A DNA stretch of 64,000 nt, from the NCBI GenBank assembly GCA_051362555.1, contig CM120642.1:33914001-33978000 (forward strand). The letters run 5' to 3'. The stretch comes from Lingula anatina. Its lineage: Eukaryota; Animalia; Brachiopoda. Below are positions 52,937 through 64,000 of this stretch, piece by piece. Numbering within the stretch: position 1 is the first letter of the stretch; every line of letters starts with the position of its first letter. Under the pieces are notes generated by a model. That model did not search any database, was not told the DNA's origin, and worked only from the letters and a program-made list of their open reading frames with translations. A program made the translations under genes and the position numbers.

Positions 52937-54269
52937 CAGAACAAAGAAGTGTCACAATTATAATACCAAACTTTCTGAAAGAAAGTGGAATGTTTTGACT
53001 AGATTCTGTCATAAAAATAATTTAGAAGCAAAGGAACTTCTCTTTGTTATTGGGATTAAGACAAAGGACAGAAAAAATACAATCTGATACTTGCTCTTGG
53101 AAAGATGTTACAGCATCAAGGAATCACAACAGCTGTTGTATAGGTCAGTCACACATGTAGATGTTCAGTATAAGAAGTCATGTTGTCACCAGTCATAATG
53201 GCTGTGCTGCAGGTGCTTAATGTAGGCAGGGGGTGTGCTTGAGGCAGTAGATGTATTGAGCAGCCATGTAGTAATATTTAGATCATAAGTTACAAAAGCC
53301 CTGCTAGCATACTCTGTTATGTTGTCACAAATGAATCTAAGACATCAGGCCTTAAGTAAGGAACAATGTTATAATGTAGTTCAGTTGTAAGCTTGAAATT
53401 ACTTGTGTACAGGGATATTTTTGCCTTTTTTCTGCTGCTTTATTTTGTAACATTAGCATCATATTTCTTTTTTAATTTCCATTTATTTGTTTTTGCATAA
53501 CTTAAGATACTTAAAAGCTTTATGTGAAGTATTGTTTACAGAGAATTGACAAGGTAAAGCTGTAGAAGTAATAATAATTGTATTTTATATACAAGATAGT
53601 TTGTTAATATCAACTGTGGCACCAAGTTTATACTTAGTGCATATTGCATTTAAGAAACCAGATGTATTCATTATAAATAAACATTTTATTGATACTTGGA
53701 ATGATGTTATTCTTTGGACGGCTTAATATACAGAAACATTATATAAAAGAATGATTTTAACATGGGGACCATGTGACCTTCGACTTAAGTTTTTTTACCA
53801 TAAAGGCACTGCACTTTGAATAATTTATGTCAAATTGACAAAGCATTTTGCTGTTAAACCTTAATCACTTTCAAATCCTGAACAAAATCATTGGTCCACG
53901 TTGATCTGCTAAATATGATATAATATTTCCTCTCCGTTTTGCTTAAACATACAAACTGTTTGTTGACAAACATTCCCCAGTTGTAGAGATCTCCACATGT
54001 CAGTAACAGCAGTATCAATTAACTTTCCTAATAGCTTGTAATGTTAATTGTCTTTATACAATCACAAAAGGTCATTTGTTTAAGCAACAATATTCCCTCT
54101 CTCCTGTAAACCTCTTTGGTTTGAAGTGCGTATCAATCACCTATTTCCCTATTGGAGGTAGCAGCACTGATTGCTAGTATTAGTAACTGCAATGCTTCCC
54201 CCCTTTTGTATAAATTCTCAGTCTTACCCACATCAAGGAGTTCCAACAGGTATGTTTCTAACACACTCC

Positions 54270-57200
54270 TCAGAAATTAAAATCATCATAATCCCTGGTC
54301 ATCCTCAGGGTGATGGTCAGTACACCCTTGTCTCCGTCCCACTGAGCCTTGCCATTCTTGGCGTCCACTGGGTGAGGAAGGTGGAGACCAAGACGCCTAA
54401 AAACAGAGTAGTCATTTGAAAGATCACTGCCTGTCTTTTTAAAATTGTTGAGAGGTAACTACCTATTTGATGTTGCATTGTGACTGATTTAAAAGTTATG
54501 GCATGTAGATATACCATTAAGGCCCAACTGAAACAAGGCAGCAAAGCTGTCAAATGTACAGACAAAAAACAGGAAATAACTATGCACAAAATAAGCTACT
54601 GTCAATTCTGATGCAAAAATACATTATGTTAAACTGCAAATTCAACATCAAATTTTAATTATCCTCAACAGGTAATACCAATGTAATTAAAATATGTGAC
54701 AAGTTTACACTTTGAAAATGTATAACTTCCAGAAAAAGAAATCACTTAGACTGCTTTTCCAACTCAGACTGCATTTTAGTCCTGTATTTCTTTTTTGAAA
54801 GTTTGGCAATCATAAGTAACATGGTTTTCCCATAATGGTCATCATGGCAGCAGCACCCAAAATTGTGTTTTCTTCTATTCTGATGCAATATTACATAATG
54901 GTTAACAGCATAATGACCGTAATAATAATAATAAAATATACGTATCATGGATTTTCAGAAAATGTGACTAGCATGGGTCTTCAAGCCCGTGGAACTTCAA
55001 AGTCACACCTTAAAAATGCCAATATGTGAAAAATTAAATTTTCACAAAATAACTGTTTAACTGGCAGTAAGAATTACCAAACAGACTGTATTTCCTACTG
55101 AAGCTGTATTTTAGTCCCATGTTTCTTTCCTGTAAGTTTGAGAACAGTAAATTACATGGTTTTCTTAAATGGTCATCATTGGAGCAGTGCCCAAAATAGT
55201 TTTTTTTTTTTCAAATTTTGATGCAATATTACATAATGTTTAACAGCATAATGACCATCAACTTTAATAATAAAATATTAGTAATATGGATATTCAGAAA
55301 ATGTGACTAGCAAAGGTCTTCAGGCCCATGGAACTTCAAAGTCACTTGAAAATGCCAAAATGTAAACAAGACAGCACTGTTCCGAAATGTTTTTTTTTTC
55401 CATTTTTAACAATTTTTAACATAAAACAAAATTAACCGTTTACTGCCATTTTTATATGATAAACTAAGAAAATTGATGAGATGGGAAAAATATCAATAGA
55501 GCAGCGTTAAATGTCCAATTTCTTCCATTCTGAGATTCTGAACATAGTGAATGATTGAATCTGACAAACTGCAATGATATGAGTTTATTTCCATTTTTGA
55601 AACTTTATTACACAATACACGATAACAAGTTTACCATCATTTTTACATAATCAACTAATAATGTTGTAAAATTGCAGGAAATGCCAAACAAACACTTTTA
55701 CGTATCTTATTAGTTCAATAATGAAACTGTTTACATGCCTAAGAATTAAATCTGAGGAAATGTGAAAAAACTGCATTTCTTTAAAATAATGGCCCGATTA
55801 TGCTGATTTTTGAACTCAACCTGCGTTTTAGCAGAAATGACCACTCCTGTGAGTTTAATGACAATTGGCCTATCTGTTTTTCTTATATTGTGTTTACAGT
55901 GTTGCATATATGCTGAAAAGTGAAAAAAAAAGCATAACTTCTACATTAATGGCCCGATCATGCCGATTTTCGAACTTGACCTGCATTTTATGAATATTCA
56001 TCAGCTCTGTAAATATACAGCCAAAAAGTAAAACTGCCTTCCACTTATCGTGTTTACAATGAAAGTGCATGGCGCCGGCGACAGCGACAGTGACAGCAAC
56101 GACGGCGACGACAGACGCAGGTGATGGCAATATGTACAGACACATCTGTACATATCAACTGTACTGTTTGAGAACAGTAAGTGACATGGTTTTTCTTAAA
56201 TGGTCATCATGGGAGCAGTGCCCAAAATAGGTTTTTTTCAAATTTTGATGCAATATTACATAATGTTTAACAGCATAATGATCATCAATTTTTAATAATA
56301 AAATATTAGTATCATGGACAAATAGTAAACGTGACTAACAAAGGTTTTTAGGCCGATGGAACTTCAAAGTCACGACTTAAAGATGCCAAAATGTAAACAA
56401 GACTGCACTGTTCTGAAATGGGTTTATTTCCATTTTTAACACTTATTTAACATAAAACAAAATTAATAGGTTACTGCCATTTTTATAAGATCAACTAAGA
56501 AAATTGATGAAATGTGAAAAATATCAATAGAACAGTGTTAAATGTCCAATTTCTTCCATTCTGAGATTCTGAACATAGTGAATGATTGAATCTGACAAAC
56601 TGCAATGATATGAGTTTATTTCCATTTTTGACACTTTATTACACAATACACGATAACAAGTTTACCATCATTTTTACATAATCAACTAACAATGTTGTAA
56701 AGATGCAGGAAATGTCAAACAAACACTTTAACGTATCTTATTACTTAAATAATAAGGCTATTAACATGCCTTAGAATTAAATCTGAGGAAATCTGAAGAA
56801 ATGTGAAAAAACAGCATAACTTCTAAAATAATGGCCCGATTATGCTGATTTTCGAACTCAACCTGCGTTTTAGTAAGACTGACCATTCCTGTGAGTTTCA
56901 TGACAATAGGCCTAACGGTTTTCCTTAAAATGTGTTTACAAGGTTGCATATATGCTGAAAAGTGAAAAAACAGCATAACTTCTACAATAATGGCCCGATC
57001 ATGCTGATTTTCGAACTTGACCTGCGTTTTATGAATATTCATCAGCTCTGTAAATATAAAGCCAAAAAGTAAAACTGCCTTCCACTTATCGTGTTTACAA
57101 GGAAAGTGCACGGCGACGGCATCGGCATCGGCATCGCCATCGGCATCGGCATCGGCATCGGCATCGGCGACGACAGACGCAGGTGATGGCAATATGTACA

Positions 57201-59802
57201 GACACATCTGTGTCTGTACATAAAAATGCATTTGGTATTATCTATGTACAAAGATGTTCTGCAGCAACTTGTAGTTCAAAAATGCACAGTATTATCCATG
57301 TACAAAACATGTTTTGCAGCAACTTGACACCAATGTGAGTTCCACATAATGATCAAGGAGAAATGTTCAAATGAGGGGAAGTGCAAACGGTCCCTCTGAT
57401 TTCAATATTGAAAACATTTCCATACATGTTTGTGTTCAAATTCAAACTTTCATTTTGTGCATTCATTCATTAATTTATAAAGAGCAATGCAAAATATAAC
57501 CAAGGGATAACTGTTATCTTCTCTGCAAACAATATCTTTAAGCAGAGAAAAACATAAAAGGCTTGAAGTAGAGTATCAAAGCCTTTTCGTGACTCAATGA
57601 CTCAACACAGAGGTGGTCCATATTTTGCTTTAATATTGTGAAAATAAAACGTATAGTTTTGCATTTAAGTTTTGTTCACTTGAACTTTTAATTTGGTTCT
57701 TTTCTTATCTCAGGTATTTGTTTGTTACATTGAGTTAAAACTTACAGTCTAGGTGTGCGACAGTCCAGGTATTTGTTGGTAACATTGAGATTGACATCTG
57801 GGTATTTCGTGTCTGGAAGCATCACTTTCACCTAATGCAAGAAAAAGCATTCAGCACAATGAGACACATGTTTTAAAATGCTAATGACTTGACAGGGGCA
57901 ACTCTAACCCATGGTTATAATGCAAACCTTGTCCTAACACATTTTATGGCAAAGATTTTGAATGTCTAACAAAAGACAGAATGACATTGTGAGTGCAGGT
58001 AAAGCAATAAAGATAACATGATTCACTCTCTTAAACACTGTTCAGTGTGTTGAATGCTATCTTTTGAAGCTTTTTTCGTGGCACTAGTACTATAAATGAA
58101 TGAAACAAAAGGGAAGAAATCATAGTTTTATTGGAAATCGGCAATCCTAGAACACATGGAGGATAGTCTTTACAACAAGAGTTCGGGGGAAAGAGGGATG
58201 GGGGGGGGTTGGGGGGGTGGAAACACTTACCACCATGTCTTCACAACTGGATGTTGCAGGAGTTTTATTTCCCATTCCAAGAAACATGTCCTCTGATGTT
58301 ACTGCTTGCTTGTATATGATTTCATACCTGTAAGAAATACAATGAATATGAAAGCATACTGCCATCAGCAATACTAGTCATAATTATTATCAAAACACTA
58401 CACACTGCAGCAGTATAATGAACGGAAAAGAAATTAAAAACAGAGGTAATATGGTAGTAAAACGTTATTCAAATACTCATTTAACTTATTATACTTATTT
58501 ATTCAAATACTCATAAAGTACACATAACATCTAAATTCCTCTTGTGAAAATATGCACTTATGCTTACTGGTGTTCTGGCCTAGATCACCAGATTAATGAA
58601 AATTTGTGCCTCGTATGATTTAAGGGCCAATAGTGATGTGTGTTAGAAGCACATAATGTGGCTGGGGCCGTATATCATGTATATACATACTGTGGCTGGG
58701 GCCATGTATCATGGATATACATACTGCGGCTGGGGCCGTGTATCATGTATATACATACTGTGGCTGGGGCCGTGTGTCATGGATATACATACAGTAGCTG
58801 GGGCCATGTATCATGGATATACATACTGTGGCTGGGGCCGTGTGTCATGGATATCATCATATTCTGCCCCCTCCTGTACCTCTTCTTCTTCCCAAATATC
58901 TTTGCCTTCTTTCTTCACTGTCTTCAGCTGTGACTCTAAATAAATGATTTAGTAGCATAAACAAAATCCTAAAAGGATTTACACATTACAAATTCAAACA
59001 GGAGTTTATCTCAAATTGAAAACATCAAAAAAGTTCTTTCATCTTATGGCAAATGTTTTCAACTTATCAATCAATAAGAATATTTTAAAAATACTTCCAA
59101 TTTCAAAATGATGACACATTCTGTCACTTATGGCATGGGTATAACATTAGTTACCCTGGATATAATACCCCAGGGAAATGCTGGTGACCCTGGATATAAT
59201 ACCCCAGGGAAATGCATTACTAACCTGCTGGCTGAGTACTTTGTTTTGGTCCTATGTCCCCAGGGCCGAGTTTTGTTATCCCACCAGGCTAAAAAAAGGA
59301 CCTTTAATACTTAACATCTTTAACATTTACACAAGCTTGCATGCAGTACTATAATAGATTTACATCTCAATAAATGACAAGTACTCTTAACATTAAAAAT
59401 CTGTGCTTATAATCTTATTTTATTTCAAATGATAATTAAAATCCACAGCAACCCTCCAGGTATTTTGGGGTGTAAAGTGCATTCACATTTTCATTCATAA
59501 AATCAGGTATATATAAATATTGATGTCCTTATATTGACAGCCTCTGGTGCAAACACATTAAAAACATGCTCATTAAATTTCCAAACATCATCAACATTTA
59601 ACTATCTGTGGAATTATGTTCAACATAAAAGTATATGGTGCCTGCATACAACTGCATATTTCAATGTTTATAGTTTAGATATGCTGTTAAGCTGGTACTT
59701 CTCTTTACCCACCTTGGTATCTTCATCACTGTCCGAGTCTGCAGTGTTTGGAGTCAGTAAATTAGCTAACGCTGTGATGCCAGATTCTCCATATAACTCC
59801 AT
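54270..59802 (-). CDS. DNAAF6: Dynein axonemal assembly factor 6 (PIH1D3/twister)
   Basis: Six coding exons: MELYGESGITALANLL.., KLGPGDIGP, DIWEEEEVQEGAEYDD, YEIIYKQAVTSEDMFLGM..SSCEDMV, VKVMLPDT..LDCRTP and RLGLHLPHPVDAKNGKAQWD..LTITLRMTRDYDDFNF*. A 5' UTR exon ends at 60332. Confidence 0.9.
54532..57226 (-). mobile_element. Two tandem/nested HINE-like elements (same family as 36089-37951) in the last DNAAF6 intron
   Basis: Reverse-complement homology including hairpin ends (~56135-56152 and ~57194-57226), microsatellites and the terminal GGCAGCAAAGCTGTC stem-loop. Confidence 0.75.
58657..58852 (-). repeat. 34-bp tandem array duplicating a DNAAF6 exon end and its donor site (~6 units)
   Basis: Minus-strand unit CCATGACACACGGCCCCAGCCACA|GTATGTATAT. 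The genuine donor is at 58826/58827. Confidence 0.88.
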
Positions 59803-60911
59803 GTCCAGGTTGTCTCAAAAAGCTCAGATAAATATAGAAATATCTTTGGGTCAGCTTATGCATCTGAAAACATTGAGAAAGTTGTAGACTGAGACCCAAA
59901 CGTCTCAAAATTTAATGAAATGGCAATCACATAAACATGTAAATCATGTTTATACTGTAGTTGCTACAGTAACTACTGAATAAAAGGCAAAGTAATAAAA
60001 GGAATGGGTTCTAACTTCTTGAATCCGAAAATAAAATAAAGTGATCATCATCTAACATTAAAAACTTTTCATTTAAATCAAACCAAAGTTCAGACTTTTG
60101 ATATATACTGGTAATCCCAGTTTCAAATTAGATTCTACCAAGGCGTTTTAACTCCTAGATTCTACCTTGTAACGTTATATCTACCAATGTTTCAAATAAA
60201 AGTGTATATTTTTATGCCCCCCAACTAGCATACACTTTATTTTAAAAAAAAGCGGTTGAAGCAATTCCTGTCCCCAGCTTGGTCCATTAGAGTGAGATCT
60301 TTTAAAATATCTTTGTTTACATGTCACTAACCTGCAGTCAGCCATATTAGTTTGAAGTTTTTGCTGCGCATTCAAACTGCGCTGTTTCCGGTTCGCTGTC
60401 TCCGCTCGTGCAGGGCCATCCACTTCTATATAGGCCTAAGTCCACCTTTACTAAGGTGCTGGATGGTTTGTCTTTTAAGAAGAAGACTTTACTCCTATCA
60501 CACACATCCCTGTGATTTATATTATAAAAACTACATACATATTTTATCGAATGTAAAATTTCAAAACATCATATTAGGTCCCTATATCCGCGGACCCCCC
60601 CCCCCCCCCCCCCCCCCCCCCTTTCAAATAATCCTTGATCCGCCCCTGACCTGTACTAATCACCTGGACTTCCAATCCGTCGCACTGGTTTCTGTCATAC
60701 GTGTCATTGTAGGCTTGTGTAAGTTTTCTGTGGCAAATGGGCAGAGACGACAATTTCCCTGAACATTAGTGCACAAGACACTATGATCAGGCTGCTGTTT
60801 ACCCGAAGAAAAGATGTGGTACAAGCATGAATTCATTACGTATAGTAAATGTGCAATCAGTGCATTCAGAACAAATGATTCACGGACTAACTGATCCGCC
60901 AACTAAGGCTC

Positions 60912-61122
60912 TATTCCCATAGATTTTAGATCGATCTATCCCCGCGGGGAGTCTCACTAGATTACTTTCAGGTAATCCGACTTAAATGTCCGTCCCGCCT
61001 AGCCTACTACAAGCTTTAAGGGGGTAATTAACTTTCGTGTCCGCCCGGCTGACAGCTCTTTAGCGTGAACCCCCAGGGAGTTAGGTCGATCTAAAGTAGG
61101 TCGATCTAATCTATGGAAATGG
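60912..61122. mobile_element. MITE-like element (family of 23229-23368)
   Basis: Inverted ends ATTCCCATAGAT..ATCTATGGAAAT and shared internal blocks. Confidence 0.7.
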
Positions 61123-63490
61123 GGTGTAAATATTTGGCCGAACCAACTAAAAGGCAAGTCGTCTAATTCCCTGATGTTCTCCCTGCCTCCACACGCGCCA
61201 TCAAACGGATTAAATCACAGCTCCGAGGTGTAATTGCAAGACCACTGCAGCGACGGCACGTGTGGAGGCGGGGAGACCGTAAGGGTTTTAGTCGGCGTTG
61301 TTTTTAAGTGGATCTGCCATATTTAGTCCGCGGATCTCTATATCCACGTATTTACTTGTTCTGAATACGCTGATGGATATCCCACCGTCCGTAGATTGGG
61401 GAGATGTGATACTAGCAAATTGTCTCTTATCTTGTTGTTAGTCTTTATCGATTGTCAGTAATGGTCCGTAATGATGGTCAAATTCATGTTACACGCCTCA
61501 CAAATGATGTGAATATCACCAGTGCTGGAGGCAGGAATGAAAATGGAAGAAAGGCACGTAATCGTTCGTTTAGTTTTCAGCAAGTGAAGAAAAAACGTGG
61601 TTTAGAAAATGGATGATTAAAAGATATTGTATAGTTTAGAGTCAGATGGAGGAATTGTCGGCTACAACTAAAAATTGTACTTTTCGCGCTAAAAATCCGT
61701 TTATGATCGCTTGAGCTAAGGCTTGATGGGGCCTGGCGTAGGTTAAAATGGCAAAAATAATGGGCTTTGTTTGTTGATATCAACTGCAATTTAAGGAAAT
61801 CAAATGGATGCCAGGTCTTTTGGTCAATTTTTGTTTATTTGGACAACAATTCCGTTTAATATAACTAAGAGGTAGTCGAATCATCGCTCTTTTATTTCAA
61901 CGATTGTTTTATACACGAAAGATATGAAATAACGACTTTAGATGTTAACGGGTCACTTAAATAAAATTAAGGCTACATTTTTTCGAAAATTGATCCCTTT
62001 GTGTAAGTTGAGGTTAGAATTTTTTATCTCGCCGTTCTGGCCAAGAGAAAGAACTCAGATGTGTGATTCCTTCCGAACAACTAAGACTTTTTCTACGTCT
62101 CATTAACTTTGAATGATTTTGATTAGGCTACTGAAAAAAACTACGCCCCAGATTGTAGTGCTGCAACAGAGAGAGGAGGGGGAGCAATTATGACTAGCAA
62201 TTATAATTAATATCGATAAATATCAAATTCTCTTTAACTTAGATGCTTATAAAACTTGCGAAATTTTTATAAAACTTCTGCCTGATTGCTGCACAGGGCG
62301 GACTACTGCTTTTACATCTATACGAACAGATAGCTATTCCCGACACCTTTCAAACATATTTTCTTCAACCAAATATTATCCAAAGTATCAGAAGACAAAA
62401 AAAATGAGAAAAGAGAAGTGATTTAAAAAAACAACTTTTCCAGCAAATTTTCAAAGAAGTGCCTTGCCTGCTAACAAACTTCTTCGGTAGTAAAATGACT
62501 ACAATCACTCCAAAATTTCAACTTAGAACGCGATAATCATCTCAAATCCTTAGCTATCATGTAGATTGCATCTGGCCCTCCATTTCGGATATTTATTGAC
62601 ACAATTTGTGGTTACTGTCACCGTCATTCCAGTGTGAAGTGAGAGGTGTGTCACATCGCTATCGCCTGCACCGTTTTTTAACAAAAACACTTTTAAATGC
62701 CATATTCCCCGAGTTAAAAATCTGATGCTGTACCACCTATATGATAAGTATATGTTTACCCGGTCGTCAAAGGTGTAAAGACTCGATATATCAGTTTATA
62801 TCTTGTTGTCTTTAGAAATAATTGAAGAAAAATGTTGAGAGATAGCAGATTAATTGAATATTTTGATGAACTCTCGATCAATCTGGGGTGCGACCTTACT
62901 GCGGTAATTTAATGAAGCGCCTATTAAAGAACTCGAAACAGATGTTCTCATTATACACCCTCATAGATATTCCACTTTGTTACAAAATTTTACTTATAAA
63001 ACTGCTGCGTGAATAATAAAAACATTCATTTTGTCGTTACAAAACGCAAAGTAAAATGATGCTACGACATATTTGATTATGCATTTTAAACATGCAATTC
63101 GTTTAAATTATTCATACCTTATACAAAAAAGGAAATAAAAGAATAGTATAGATATTCATATTTGAAATCCAATTTCAACAACATTTGGCTTAAATTTCAG
63201 ATAACTCTTATTGCCGGTATCATGTTGACAAACATCTTTTGTTTCTGAGGTCTTCAGACTGGATCTGTCCCCCGTGGTTGCAAAGACTAATCTCTCAAAT
63301 CACATCGTATCATTGTTGATACTATGTTTAGGCTAGTTATGGGGCGTCTCTTATCAATAAAAACATTTACGTGGTATATAATCGCAATTACGGTGTAATT
63401 CAGATAAAATTACCAGAATCAGCCGGGGTCGTTAGCGCTATCTTGAAAAGTCAAGCTCTCCACAACATGCAAGGTGATTACTGCAGCAGG

Positions 63491-63497
63491 TATAAAA
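63491..63497 (+). promoter_or_regulatory. TATA box
   Basis: TATAAAA ~100 bp upstream of the ATG at 63591. Confidence 0.55.
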
Positions 63498-63590
63498 CAC
63501 CACAACTTTTCCGACTCTTCACTCACAGTCCAAGCCATCCTGCAGACGACACCGAGTTCTATCTTTGCTGTACATCAGATCTTCAACAAG

Positions 63591-64000
63591 ATGATGAAGT
63601 TTGTTGTCCTTGCCCTCCTCGTGGCTGTTGTGTCGGCTACTTACTACAAGCCAACAGCATACAGACGCGGGTAAGTCGCAGCGTCAGGTTGTCTTTTCTT
63701 TAAATTTTTACTACTTAAACGTTGGACTGTTTTATTTTTGAATTGAGATTAAATTGATGCATGTAGCAAAAATAATGCCAATTTTACAGGAGAAATCGCT
63801 CAAAAAAATCAAAGCCTACTGACTGTACAAACTTAACTCTCCTCCCCTTTTCTTCTTAGGTACCGTGGCTACGTCGGGGCCTACGCGGATGGATACAAAG
63901 GTAACTATGGTTACGGCAGATATAGCGGCTATGGGTATAACTACCGTGGAGATGGTTACCGTGGCGTCTACCGTGGAGACGGGTTTAAAGATGGATACTT
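63591..64000 (+). CDS. Secreted Gly/Tyr/Arg-rich low-complexity protein (partial; structural or adhesive type)
   Basis: Exon 63591-63670 encodes signal peptide MMKFVVLALLVAVVSA followed by TYYKPTAYRR, ending GG|GTAAGT. The exon from 63860 encodes GYRGYVGAYADGYKGNYGYGRYSGYGYNYRGDGYRGVYRGDGFKDGY and runs off the window. Confidence 0.85.

Noticed and set aside
56761-57251. ORFs with DADADA / PMPMPM repeats
   Set aside because: Translation of the HINE element microsatellite.

Overview
This is AT-rich animal genomic DNA with spliceosomal GT-AG introns, probably a lophotrochozoan such as a mollusc (inferred from gene and repeat types). The right half holds conserved housekeeping genes: RBM41 (+), CWF19L2 (-) head-to-head with MSL3 (+), DNAAF6/PIH1D3 (-), and the start of a secreted Gly/Tyr/Arg-rich protein at the window edge. 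The left half (1 to ~31.8 kb) is an accessory, transposon-rich region. It contains tandem MGAT4C-like glycosyltransferase genes (one a pseudogene), a P-element-like insertion, a pogo-like element carrying OTU and PHD relics, and a CMC/EnSpm element carrying a Gypsy relic. It also holds two pseudogenised TAF1 exons and relic minus-strand exons. The strongest candidate for a new system is an intact two-exon, ~1848-aa HEPN(RxxxxH)-STAND NTPase-TPR gene. Its 29 near-identical 126-bp repeats vary mainly at groove-lining TPR positions, resembling fungal NLRs and bacterial Avs immune receptors. A second notable pattern is tandem amplification of exon/5'-splice-site junctions in two unrelated genes. 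All calls come from manual reading and translation; no searches were run.
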